This document shows positions 24,146-36,957 of a stretch of DNA of 64,000 bases, piece after piece. Location: positions 583,621 to 647,620 of the forward strand of contig BCKZ01000013.1 in NCBI GenBank assembly GCA_001600815.1. The letters run 5' to 3'. The number at the start of each line of letters is the position of its first letter. Position 1 is the stretch's first letter. This DNA comes from Alloascoidea hylecoeti (lineage: Eukaryota). Both the position numbers and the translations under genes were made by a program. The notes below the pieces were generated by a model that was given only the letters and a program-made list of their open reading frames with translations, was not told the origin of the DNA and searched no databases.

Positions 24146-25243
24146 ATGATACGACCAATACGTTTATTAAGATCAACGACTCACTTTCGTTTGTTACACA
24201 CAAATGCTAAAGATAAAGATCCTTTAAGGATAGCGTTTTTCGGTTCTGATCATTTCAGTTCAATTAATTTAAAACATTTATTAGAAGTTTCCAAACAACA
24301 TCCAGAAGATATCTCTCATATTAGTCTTATTACAAGAAATCCAAAAAGAACTGGTCGTAATCTTAAAAATTTTACGGACCCAATAATTGTACCAATAGCT
24401 AAAAATGAAAATATTGAAATAATTAGAGCAGAAACAAATGATGAAATGGATTCATTATTGGATAATGAAAAATTTAATATTGTTATTTCTGTATCTTATG
24501 GAAATTTAATATCATCAAATTTAATAAATAATTTAAAATATGGCGGATTAAATGTTCATCCTTCTTTATTACCAAAATATACTGGTTCATCTCCTTTACA
24601 ATATGCTCTTTTAAACAATGATAAATTTACTGGTGTTACTGTTCAAACATTGCATCCAACAAAATTTGATAGAGGTGCTATAATTTCTCAATCTCCAGAA
24701 ATACCAATAGATTCAAATGAAACTATTGAATCATTAGGAAATAAATTAGCAATTATTGGTTCAAAATTATTAGGTAAAGTATGTCGTGAAAGATTATTCC
24801 TTAATATTGATAAAAATTCAATTATTTCAAAATATAATTTTAGTAAAGCATATAAATTAAAAAAAGATGATTCAAGAATAATATGGGAGAAATACGATTC
24901 TGAAACATTACAAAGAAGAAATAAAATATTAGGTCCATTATTTGTTTATGTTAATGTATTTTCAAATCCAAAAGATAAAAATAGTTCAATTGAATCAACT
25001 CGTTTAATAATTGATGATATAACAGCTATCTCATTAGATTCAATTTCAATTCCAATCGAAAATTTATCAATTGGAGAATTCTTTTATGATGAATCAACAA
25101 ATTCAATAATTATTAAAACATTAAATGGATTATGTAGTGTTAAGAAATTACAATGGAGTTGTGATAAACCAAAAACAGCAGAAAATTTCATGTTAGGACT
25201 TAAGAAAAAAGGTTTTGCTAATTCAAAGTTACAATTCAATTAA
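24146..25243 (+). CDS. FMT1: Mitochondrial methionyl-tRNA formyltransferase
   Basis: Arg-rich presequence; LRIAFFGSDHFS, GGLNVHPSLLPKYTGSSPLQ and GVTVQTLHPTKFDRGAI. Confidence 0.93.
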   Translation: MIRPIRLLRSTTHFRLLHTNAKDKDPLRIAFFGSDHFSSINLKHLLEVSKQHPEDISHISLITRNPKRTGRNLKNFTDPIIVPIAKNENIEIIRAETNDEMDSLLDNEKFNIVISVSYGNLISSNLINNLKYGGLNVHPSLLPKYTGSSPLQYALLNNDKFTGVTVQTLHPTKFDRGAIISQSPEIPIDSNETIESLGNKLAIIGSKLLGKVCRERLFLNIDKNSIISKYNFSKAYKLKKDDSRIIWEKYDSETLQRRNKILGPLFVYVNVFSNPKDKNSSIESTRLIIDDITAISLDSISIPIENLSIGEFFYDESTNSIIIKTLNGLCSVKKLQWSCDKPKTAENFMLGLKKKGFANSKLQFN

Positions 25244-25963
25244 TATTAAGTATATCGTTAATCTAGGATTAACACATCAAGCAGCTCAAAACTGTTACAT
25301 TTCAACCACGAATTGCAAAACCACCAACAAATTTAAATTATTGAAAATAGTATCATTAAAATCCACTTACTCTTGCAACTCTAATAAATATATATATATT
25401 GTACTGTAAATATTGTTGTCATGCGATTGTTCTCCTACGATTCAGTGCTCACCAACTCCAATCTCTAAACCTAATTTCAACTATGCCACGATTAGCTGAA
25501 AAGTGTCATATTTGGATCATATGATACTTTTAGGTTTATGGAAGAGTCTAGTGTCTCGTTAATCCAAGCGCCGTCGTGAAGAATAAGGATTTATGAGGCT
25601 TAAAAAGTTGTAGGGACCAATCTCAAAAAGTTGCAACTCAAAAGTTTTTCCACCAGATCATAACCAATAATTAAAATGGCACACACAAGGAATCTAAAGA
25701 AAGAGAAAGAGAAAAGGAACAAGCTCATACACTTAGCTGTTGAATTTAAAAAGAAAACAAACAGGTGACATGTGTGAAACTTTCCAAAAACAATTGAGGC
25801 TGCTTGATCTTTTAATTCTCCTCGGATCCTTAGACCCATTGCTTTCGCATTGTTCAGAGGTTTCGCACTCTCAAAAACAAATGTTTACTAAAACAACCAC
25901 CAACAACATAAGTAGATATGAGTTCACTAGATATTCTTATACATAAACTAGTCACCTAATAAA

Positions 25964-26410
25964 TTAACTTGACATTTTTGCACATCTTCTGTATTCAATT
26001 CAGAGTTAGAGGGTTTCTTCTTCCTTTTCACCCTGTTTATGATCGTATTTATCTCCACTTAGAGAAAAGTCCCTCTTACCTACATATCGCTAACTACTGG
26101 ATTTTCATTTAACAATTTGGCCTTGCCTATCCTTCCCTTTCTTAATTATCTCATTTTATTTTGAAAAAGCTCCTAGTGTTTAAGTCTGAATCTCATTTAT
26201 TTTTCGAGAGTTCTCAATCTAGCATATCTCCACATTTTGTTTGTATTCAGCAATTAGCCTCCAAAAGGTCTAATATAATTTACGATAAAATTCCCTTGAT
26301 TCATCTCTATCTTCATCATGCTTAAGCAAGTTATCTTCTGGTGTATCCATAGGAACAGAATTCACCAATTTGCTTAGATCAAATGGCCAACTTCAATCTT
26401 CCTGATCCCC
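25964..26410 (-). pseudogene. Possible decayed coding sequence, family unknown
   Basis: The minus frame reads SWPFDLSKLVNSVPMDTPEDNLLKHDEDRDESREFYRKLY*TFWRLIAEYKQNVEIC*IENSRKINEIQT*…, protein-like composition with scattered stops. Confidence 0.3.
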
Positions 26411-29001
26411 TAGATGATAGTAGAAGAAATTAATCCTTTATTCTTTTTTTTTGCATATATGATTACCGCAATAAAATCTCCTTTTTTGGTAGGTGACTTG
26501 ATTTCGGCGCATATACGTAAAGGATATGTAGAACCCATGAGATGACGGACCAAAACGGGTAATGCCGAACACCAGGGTCAGTTGTCCTATAACAAGGAAA
26601 TATCTATTGACAATGGAGACTTAGTGCAGAAAGAACGATACAAGTGAAAAAATGGCCATCTTCGATGGCCTGATGGCGTCTCATGCGCTCGGTGTGTTTG
26701 ATTATAAGGATTTCTCAACCCACTCCAAAAAAGATCTGAATTAATGTTGACCTTATTATAACTTCACAATTGAGGGTTGGTGGCACTGAGTTTCCCGCCT
26801 TAGACAGAAAGTTTTTGTTACTGTGTAGTACACAACATATACAAGTCTATGGGTCCCATGTTCATTATATTACCACATTCTATCTATTAGTTGGGTTAAA
26901 GTCATAACGAATGAATTAATATAAGCTTAGACGTTGAATACTATTTATAAACCACTACAAATTACGATGAGAAGCATATGCACTGTTATGTAGTCAAATA
27001 CAGGGATATCAATATACTAATTAATTACATATACAAACGGCTGCGTGACTTTCACTTTCGAATTCCCTTTACCAATATATTTGTGCGGGTTTTATAGTTT
27101 CCATCTTTTGGTCAGTTGATAAATCTCCGTTTAATCAATTTGTTCGTAAAAAATAAAGAAATAGTAGAATATCTTTCATCAATAATAAGAAGTGCTTCAA
27201 CGAAATTCAAGCAAGGTTTGGTCCTATGTTACCTTCTAGAGATAATAGACCTCACTCATATGATATCTAGGTAAAATTCGAAACCATTTTAGAGTTTTTT
27301 ACTGAACGAGATCGAATCTTATATTAAATGTGCAATTGTAACTGGTTATTTGGCGCCGTTCGCTTGTTATTACAATAAGAGAAAGAGGCATTGTTCCATA
27401 ATTTGCCATATACCAGCATATTTTCACCAATAGGTTATAATTTATTTGATATTATTTTTGGATAATTCAGTTCTGTTTTCCCGGTATTACAGCCGCTCCA
27501 TGCCCGCTGAGAGGTTCGAGAACGATTCATATATTACTTAGCCCTGGAAACCCATTACCCTTCGTGGTGATCAGCTCGCCAAAATTAGTTACTTCAGTCT
27601 AGTCAATACAAACTTTCCAAAGAGTGTTTACTGTTCATGATCATGGTATACCTGTGAAAATTATTGGATAATGCATTGCGGCACTCGATTGTCGCATCCT
27701 ATCGGGATTGAGACACAAGAGTGTCGCCAATAAAAAGCTGTAAACATATTTATGTTTCCTTATATTGAGGTCATTTACATAACTCGCCACTAATTCCTCC
27801 GATATACGTTTCTTGGTGGCAAATCACCCTTCCAAATGTTTCACTATATATATCAACCTTCCAGAGCTCAACACATGCGGCTGTTGTGTGAGGTGCCTGT
27901 AAACGTCATAACTATAGGCTAACACAAACTTTATAGATAAAGTGACGCTTTAAAAATTGGTTATTAATCGTAATACAGATTATAGACTACAGTGAGGGAT
28001 AAACAAAAGGACCAATCTTTCGATATTAAATTAGCAGCTTTCTGTAGACCATTTTATATTCTAGAATTGGACCAATTGTTTTCCGTTCATAGTGATTAGT
28101 TTTAAGCTTCACTGCTGTCTATAGTCAGTGATATACTATAGATGTAGGTGTTGATGATGTGAAATATTACAAACAATCTCTTATTTATGTTTTGTACTTC
28201 TTTTTTTTGTAACTTTTTAACAGTAAAGAGTTCTCTATTTCTTAAACTTTATTGTGCATCAAATGTAGTAATACATGACGATCATAATTTATAAACTCTA
28301 CTTAAATCAGAGGAAGAGATATCTCCTAGTCGCTCGCTATAAGGACGATCGAGCTTAAAATCTAAACATATAGATATAATTGATCACGTAATGAAGCATT
28401 GATTTGATACATCATGAGCATTAAAATTAATATTAATAATTGTTATGTATCACTAAATGTAAAAATATAAAATAAAAGAAATAGTAGTTTGTAATCTCTT
28501 TGTTGTAATGGTACGTTTCTTTGTCGTTTCGTTTCATATCACATCATGTGTTTTTTTTTTTTTATCTCTTCAAATGGTCCAATCCCTTTGAACTTATATA
28601 ATCTTTATAATAATGGTATACCGGTATAGTTAAGGAATAAATAAATAAAAAACATTAGACAAAAAAAACCCATCTCTTTTTAACATTAACTATATGCAGT
28701 AATAATCATTTTAAAGATAATTAATATTAATATAGTATAATTTACAATATAAAACAGTAGTAATAAATTCAAAAATATCTATCATTCTTATTTCTTAAGT
28801 AATATTCTTTTTTCTTTTTTTATAATTTTTAATCTTTAATTTGTAATCGTAATTGTAAACTATACAGTGTTTCTTTTTTTTTCTCCTTTTTTTATAAAAT
28901 AAATATTAAATTCAAAAATCCAAACCCATTCATTTCTCATCATTTTCGAAATCTCATAAATTTTCATTCATTTTTTTCTTCTTTCTAATCAGTGAAATCA
29001 T

Positions 29002-30681
29002 TTAATGAAAACTATGAGCTCTATGATATTTCAATCCATTCATGTTTTTATAACGTCTACCACAAACTCTACATAAATGAGGTTTTTCATTTTCCATAAT
29101 TTTTCTTGTAATTGCATCATCTTGTAAATCACCATCAGCACCTAATATACCATAAGTACCATCTGGATTTAATTGTAAATTTTGACCTTTATGTCCATGT
29201 CTCATATGATATTTTAATCCATTACTATTTTTATAAGATTTTGTACATGTTCTAACTGAACATTTATATGGTCTTGATGTTGAATCGGGTGATAAGATGT
29301 AAAGAGATCTTGATGGATCATCAAATTGTTGGATTTGAATATGAGTATGTGTTGGCATTTGAAAACTTGAAGCTTGTAATTGTAATTGTTGTTGTGGATG
29401 TAACATTTGATGTGATTGTAATGGAGTTGTTAATAAATCATTATATCCATCATCTAAATTAATACCAAAATTATTATAGGATGGAGTATAAGAAGTTGGA
29501 GTACTAACATTTGAAGATGAAATTGGAGATAAAAATTCATTATTTGAACCAGGGGTTCTATTTAAATTTGTATAATTAGTCGAATTATCAGGAGTTGAAA
29601 CAGTAATATTTGAATTGTTATTATTACTTTTATTTGCAAAAGGGTTACATAATATTAAACCTGATGAAGTTGGTATTCTTGATTGTGAGTTTATATCTTC
29701 AGTGTTTACATTTAAACTTGTAGGTATACTATAAGAATTTAAACTAGCCATTAAGGTATCATTTGAATCATTTGAATGTTGTGTCCGTATATTTGGAATT
29801 TGGGTTTGATTTTGAGATTGAGATTGGTTTTGATTTTGGGATAATGATTGAATTTGACCATGAATGTTTTGATTTATATGATTATTATTATTATTATTTT
29901 CATCTAATATACCTGGATGTTGTTGTTCATAATGTAGTAATAAATCATGCAGACTACTGATTCTTCTACCACAACAATCAAGACCTTTATTTTTACTGTT
30001 TAAAGAAGTGAAAGAAATACTATTTGAATAAAGGGGATCTAAACCCGTTAACAGCGAACCAGAATTCGAAGCAAAAGCTAGATTCGCTATATTGACGGTG
30101 GAATTATCGTTTGAAATAGGATTTTGGTTTTGTATCTGAGATTGTATATGATTTGAATGTGCAGATTGGCTTAAGGGAGGTTGAGAAGGGCCAGTCATTG
30201 GAGAGATCGTACCTACGATGTAATTATTATGAGGAGGGATGCCGAGGGAGTGGTCGGGTGTAGGGTGTATTTCTGAGTTGAGGGTGTACCCGTTCAGATC
30301 GAAATCCTCGTGGCGATTTTCATTTTCATCCATTGGAGCATCCATGGTTGCATCCATTGGGGCACGTAGGATAATTCTAGAGACTCAGTTAGTTTCCAAT
30401 TGGGTGGAAATGGTAGGAACAGATAAGACTTACTCGTCTCGGATCCAGGAGCCAACGCTCATTCTTCCCCAAAGAACACCCCCGATGCCCTGGGAATGGG
30501 CAATTGAGTCCCGTCTGAACTTAGATCCGGCGTCGGAGAACGAGTACTGGGGCGCACGGTATCCGTTCGGGGTGGCCACTGGCTGGGGGGAGGACGTGGG
30601 GAGAGCGGTGGAGATGCCCGTGGGGAGGCCGGTGGGAGGGTCTCTGTGGGGGGCGCTGTCCGGTTTCTCTGCGTAAAACAT
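29002..30681 (-). CDS. SFP1: Split zinc-finger transcription factor Sfp1; intron 30377-30433
   Basis: Conserved RRDSIAHSQGIGGVLWGRMSVGSWIRDE, CCGRRISSLHDLLLHYEQQH and two C2H2 fingers (YKNSNGLKYH, RRYKNMNGLKYH). The GTAAGT..AACTAAC..TAG intron restores frame. Start at ATG 30681 is inferred. Confidence 0.9.
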
Positions 30682-30983
30682 GTTTGACGACAAGCGACTT
30701 GGAAGCAAAAATTATTCAGCTGCAAACACTTGTCTGGGTGCACGGGTGTTTGCGTGTACGTACTTGTGGATCCGGATTTACCTACCTCAATTGCAAACGC
30801 CGAACTTGAAACGGCTGACGGCATCCGATGGCAAGCACTCTAATTATAACTTAATACAGCATACAAGATTTGGGTTTAGATTAAATGCGATTGAATTAAC
30901 TTTATTACTAGAATTATAACAACACTATTTCATATCTGTATATTAATATTAATTATTATTAATCATTAGACCAATTACTTCAA

Positions 30984-31217
30984 TTAGATCAACATGGCAA
31001 TGGCGGCAGCGGCAGCGGCTCCAGCACCGGCATAGACACCGGCAGCGGCTCCAGAACTTGAAGAGGCAGAGGCAGATGCGGAGGCAGAGGATGAGCCCGA
31101 AGATGTGGCGGATGAAGAACCAGAAGATTTAGCACCGACTGTTTGGGTGGTTGTGAGAATGGCAGCGTTGGCAGAGGCAACAACGGCGGCGAGGAGAACG
31201 ACAGATTTGAATTGCAT
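30984..31217 (-). CDS. Small Ser/Ala-rich GPI-anchored cell-wall protein (77 aa)
   Basis: Signal peptide MQFKSVVLLAAVVASANA, S/T-rich core, omega site GAAAG and hydrophobic tail. GC-rich codons; TATA-like TATAAA about 125 bp upstream. Confidence 0.85.
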   Translation of the reverse strand: MQFKSVVLLAAVVASANAAILTTTQTVGAKSSGSSSATSSGSSSASASASASSSSGAAAGVYAGAGAAAAAAIAMLI

Positions 31218-34200
31218 TGTGATGTGTTGCGTAATGTGGTAATTAAAGGAGGATCTGAAGAATAAGTTCGAATTCGAGGAAGAACGAAGGAGAGATGGAG
31301 AAAAAAGAAAAAAGGGGAAATCAGCAAAAACCTTTGCTTTTATATGAAATACCGATACCGATACCGATGGAAGAAGCTACCCGGACAGATATAGCTGTCA
31401 GCCATATTATAATTATAATAGAAGAAAAGAATAATGAACTGCCGACTGCGTTTCCGAGTCGACGTTATGTTTAACAGCCCCGTCCGGGTTCAGTCATTCT
31501 TTTATTGAAAATATATTTCCATTGTTGTCTTTCAATAATTAATTAGAATGAGAACAAAAGTAAAAATATAGAAATGTTGGTCCGACCTTTTTTTGCTTGG
31601 GGTTCCAGGACCTTAACCCAACTCCTCCTTATATCGTATATTCTAGGGGAATACGACAATTCCTCCTCACAAAGGATTTGGATTCTTAGGAAATTTGGAA
31701 TCTCATGATTCTATATCACTACGACTACCTCTTCTTAAATTATATCCCCTTAATCCTTTCATCAATGCATCCAATAATGCAAAATATGCTTATTTATTAT
31801 TCCAAGATAGGCTAATTCAATCTTGCAATTGGAGCAGCTAAAATATCTGATTTAAATTTTGTTCACACACTACAAAATAATTTATGGTGCTTTACTTGAT
31901 TATATGTGTTCTTTTGAATCTGGAATCATCTTTAGTGAATATCATTTCCATTTTTATTAATATGTGCATAGAGTTATAAACTTTTTACATTATTAGATTA
32001 CCCAATTAGTACAGTTGATATTTCCGGGTGTGTGGGTGTTGCATGTACTACTACCCTTTCAATTCTCATTCAACCATAAATTCTAAAAAGTCCATGGAAG
32101 ATCCAACCATGCCAACTCACTCATTCATTGGCCATTGCAGATAGCTAAACAAGATAAATAGGTCATTACATTTACAATTGCAGCTAGCTTTTAAAATTCC
32201 AAAATTTATATTTAAATGTAATCTGGGAAATAAGAATGTTAGCCAAATGTTTAGCTAGTTATACTTTTATGTTTTGTTTAATAATTATAATTATAATATT
32301 AGATCAAGCTTAACGGCGCAAGAACACTTGGAACTTGGAACTTGAAAATATTGATATATTTCTTTCTCGATATTTGTAAAAAGGCTTCGATGTACTTGGC
32401 AAATAAAGAATGCATATATGTCTGATAACAAGAAATAATAATTAATAGGTTTACAGAAACACCAAAAATGCAGCAAGCGATTTAACGACTTTCGTTCGTC
32501 AAATCTTCAATGAGTGAATTCAATATCTGGTGTTGTTTATACGTATCATATCTACATAATTCGTAATACATTAATCCCAAAACATAAATAAACATTCTCC
32601 TATACAGTATAAGTCTAGTGATAGATCTCATGAATTGATTGGTTTAAATTCAACTTTTAAAGGTGTATGATCTATTACTTTGCAGTAACTAAATGGATAT
32701 TACTGCTACAATCAATATTGCAAGCTGAGTCTGTCTTCGAATTCAAATGCCAAGCTTTGACTGATTAGCTATTATGTGAAATTGCCGTGCGTGTTGTAAT
32801 CTTTTTGTCGTCATACTCGTATGCATCTCAAACATTAAATTATAAAAGAGTAGCAGAGCAATAAATAATATTAATCACCAAATTCAAACTTCAAACCGTT
32901 TAATTACCTGCCCACCCGATTACTTGAAACTTTTGAGCTTTTTCATTGGCTCAAAATTTTGATCCGCTCCTCACGTGCACACCTCTGACCGCCGTGTTGC
33001 AGGTGTCATTACTCGAGCTCAGTAATACTCACTGGGGTTTTCTCGTAGCTATGCTCCATGGCAATGATTAATTAATTACCAAATTAAATTGATACTTCTA
33101 CACTTTTTATTAAGTTTTTATTGAACAAATTAGAATTTTAATAGTACTAATAAATTTTATTAATCGCATGGTGATATACAATTTGGCGTTATTTTAAGCT
33201 TACGAGGTAATAGTGCAAATGAAAATGACTGTATTTGAAAATTTAATATGCCGCGCGATATTGAGGTTCAATGTTCACCCAGATATATTGTTAGTAATAA
33301 TATGATAATTATATAATGTTATGTAGGAACTTAAGGCTGGCTTGTTATTTTCCTCGAAGGTTGTAATTGTCTTCAGTCGCACTGAATATTTAGCGAAAAA
33401 AATAGTAGAAACGTTGTAGAGTCAATGTAGATCTACTCTTCAACATGCATATGATCATCATTCATTGATACCATTTCATCATGAATTGAAATATTTCAGC
33501 CAGCCACATAAACCTACCATCGGTTTTAATAAATAGATATCATTTCATGTCGTTTATCGCAATTGTAGTATTGGTATTCAGGTGGCATTAGTAGGGACTA
33601 GATCTAGATTTCAGACCATCCACTGGCACTCAGCCATATCTTCTTCCACCCATGTCATAATAAATACATACAAGCTGTACAGGACCTACAGGTACTATAG
33701 CTACAGGCAGTTGTGTTGAAATTATCAGCCAGCCCAAAAACATTATCTTGCATGAAAAATATTTTTTCTTAAGTTTTGAAAGTATTTTATCGACTCATGA
33801 ATATGTTATGAGTCTTATGACTGTTATATTTCTCAAGCTAAAATACATCTTAATTAAGCTTATATTCATATAAATTTCTTTTAAACAGATAATATTGAGA
33901 ATTACATTTTTAAAAGCTTCCAATCATATTCTCATGTAATGTAGTATGTAGTTGAATGTACTAGTGCATATTGTGCTTGCAATTAAGGTTGTTTTGGGAT
34001 ATTACATCTTTGTAATGATCACAATAATGATCACCAAACGTTTATAATTCCTTGTGGGCTATGAAAAATAATTAAATTTAATATCATGGTTTTGAGAATC
34101 GTAGATAAATTTTATGTGCAATTGGTTCACTATTGATATACTGTATCTTAAGATTGAAAAGCCTATATTTTAAATTTACACATCTAGATCTAGCTATAAT

Positions 34201-34599
34201 ATGTGGTTCTTGTAAATGAAAAGTTGACTAATTAATTACTATGGATATATAAATAAGTTATTGCAAAATTTAGACATGGGTATGTATATACAGTTGTACC
34301 ACATATCAGGAACATGATTTTCAATAGAGGGTAGCGAAACGTGAATGATGATTGTGTGACAATTATCCATTAAAAAAAACATATTAAAAATTAGTTAATT
34401 GAGAGATAATATAACTTATAGCAAAAACTTATTTGATAGATTATATACCGTCAATTTCATAGAACTTGGATGTGTTTACATATTCGGATGTACAACATTG
34501 TTATGTTGTAACCACGAATTACAAACTCAGCAACAAATAGATACTATCACTAAAATCTACTTAATCTCATAATTTTGATGATACTTGTATAGCACACTC

Positions 34600-35060
34600 T
34601 TTTTATATTCTTTGTTGTCGTGTGAGATTTCTTCATACGAGCTAGCGTATTGAGCTCACTATATCCAATCTCCCGACACATTTTTCTTTGGTATTCCGGA
34701 AGACTTATGTATAATCAGGGCTTTCATTCTCTTGGATATCTGAATTCCACTTCAAATGGGGTTTAAGGGAATTTTGAGAATACTGGTGAAAATATGGGAT
34801 AATAAAGCTTGCTGCGTCCTTTTGATGTGATTTCTCCAAACGGGTAATTCATTATCAGATCGATGTATATGTTCTGAGACTACGAGATCAGATATTCAAT
34901 GTGTTTTGAGATTCTCCAACCACATTTCTAAAATTTCTTTCAAAAACTCTGGGGATTTCTGTTATTTGGCAAAATCTTCATATAAAGTGGATACCTCTTC
35001 TTCATTTTCACCCACCCAAACATGTAATTCAGAAACGACAGTTTTAGGTGTTATATCCAT
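34600..35060 (-). pseudogene. Decayed coding sequence, family unknown
   Basis: From ATG 35060: MDITPKTVVSELHVWVGENEEEVSTLYEDFAK*QKSPEFLKEILEMWLENLKTH*ISDL…; after a frameshift, FEVEFRYPRE*KP*LYISLPEYQRKMCREIGYSELNTLARMKKS. Confidence 0.4.
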
Positions 35061-36957
35061 CGTCTTCTGATATATTGTAATAAAAACCTTTTTTTTTTTT
35101 GAGGCCTGTGGTTGATGGGATTTTTCAACCTTTTCTCTAGTTATAAAACACTTGCATTTATCGACCAGTATGTGGTGAAATTAAGACTCTAAAATTAAAT
35201 GTGTACCTGTTTCATCAAAGGTCCAATTATGAGAGATTTGTGACGTTTCAATTGTATTGAGAAAACCTCGAAGTAATGCATATGTAGTACTATTCGCAAA
35301 TATATTTTGGATGCTCGCTTAAAAATCTTTACTCAAATTTTCTGGTTCTTTTATTTTATGTAAAAGTTTAGATTGTCTTGCACTGACCAGTATGTGATAT
35401 TTTGGGGAACAATAATGCTTTTGTTTTGTGTTGGCAATTTTTGAGACGGATCTTTTTTCACGCGCTCATCAACCAGGTCATTAAGACGCTCTATATTAGC
35501 GGACACAAACATTTTTGTACAAAACTAAAACTCTTCTATTGAGATCTTGATTTTCATTAGTTTATAAAAGTCTTTAATTTTAGCGGAAGTCTCATTTTGA
35601 TAATTTACCGTGGAAGTAATCGTCTAGAGTCGATTTTGAGATACAAGAGCTGGATTTGTTGGATATTAACAAAAGACATATCTCATGTATCATCTCTTAT
35701 TCAAACATTTGAAATTATGCTTTAATTTGATCATTCTCATTCATTAGAGCCCGTGTACATTAAATTCTGTCGGTGATTTGGTGGTTATTTTAAAAATTGA
35801 ACTTTTTTGGATTTTGGATAGTCATCCAAAACTTATAGATCTTCTCAATTCTCACACCACACTACGATAATCAAGACTATTCTTTGGTTATATATATGAT
35901 AGTGGCATAACGCGTTTTATGAATGGATCTTTTGAGCTCAATGAGCTAAGATTTAGAAAATTTCTGGCAGCAAAGAAAAGATTAAAAAGTGCTTATAAAC
36001 AAATATTATCAGAATTATGTAAGTTCATTTTAGTAAATATGAAAGATCTATTTTCAATTGATTGGATTGAAGAAGGTATGGTTTGAAGAGTACGTTTGTT
36101 ATGTTGAAATGAGTTATCATTACACCTTTTGAATGACTACTTATCCTCGATGAGAAGCAAGTTTTGACTGAAAATTTTCTTTCGACAATTGAACTGGTTT
36201 CAGTTTTAAATGGGGTGATGTTATAACAAATCTAAACTAAGTTGTTCAAATGTTACAATTTAAATTTAAGGGGTAGTAAACCTTATACATATGCCTGGGG
36301 TATCAGTATTCAAAGATACATATTACCCAATACTACCCATACCATGCAATGACTTAACCCTTAAACATTGAAACTAATGCCTTTATCTGAAATGATTCTT
36401 CACTTAGATTTATTATGTTAGTGAGATTAACAACTGAACCAATAAATAGGCATGCGTAACGAGAAACTGGTAATTTACCCGCAACCAAATAAGGCAACAT
36501 GTCATTATCATCAATACCATATTTAGTGTGCAAGATGTATGATAATATCTCTGATAAGTCAATAAATTGGTTAAAAGTCAGATATTTAAGTTTATGGAAC
36601 TGTTGAGATAACTTTATTTAGATATTGGTTCAGTTTCCTGTTCTGATGAATTCTCTGTTATACAGTGTATTGCCATATTGTATCCACAGTTTATATGGAA
36701 ATTTAGAAGTAATAAAAATCTCGAGGAATATAATTCTGAAGAAAATTTAATCGCTTAAATACATACAAAACATTATTCAAAGGATGTATACTTGTAGGCG
36801 CGGCCCTAATTACTTGCAAAATTATTGCCATTCATGACCCAAGATATGCGAATTTATGATATCTTATAAAGAAATTTATTAAATTTATAAAATTTTTACA
36901 ACCTAATATTAATGCCTCCTCTCTTTTAACGAGTTCAAAGATTTTTCAAAGTCCTTT

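Noticed and set aside
26064..26625. RNase MRP-like CR-I (GAAAAGTCCC) and CR-V (ACAATGGAGACTTA) motifs
   Set aside because: The two halves do not form a proper P4 helix and no P1/P2 could be found.
27505..27580. TPP-riboswitch-like fragments (GCTGAGA…ACCCTT…TGATCAG); a similar partial match near 26537-26570
   Set aside because: The P4/P5 core (GAACCTGATC…TAAT…GCG) is incomplete and there is no thiamine-related gene or host intron.
30459..30824. Upstream ATG ORF as an extra SFP1 exon
   Set aside because: No donor/acceptor pair of matching phase; ATG 30681 has good context. At most an overlapping uORF.
32971..33100. TCACGTG as point-centromere CDEI
   Set aside because: Not followed by an AT-rich CDEII or a CDEIII CCG motif.
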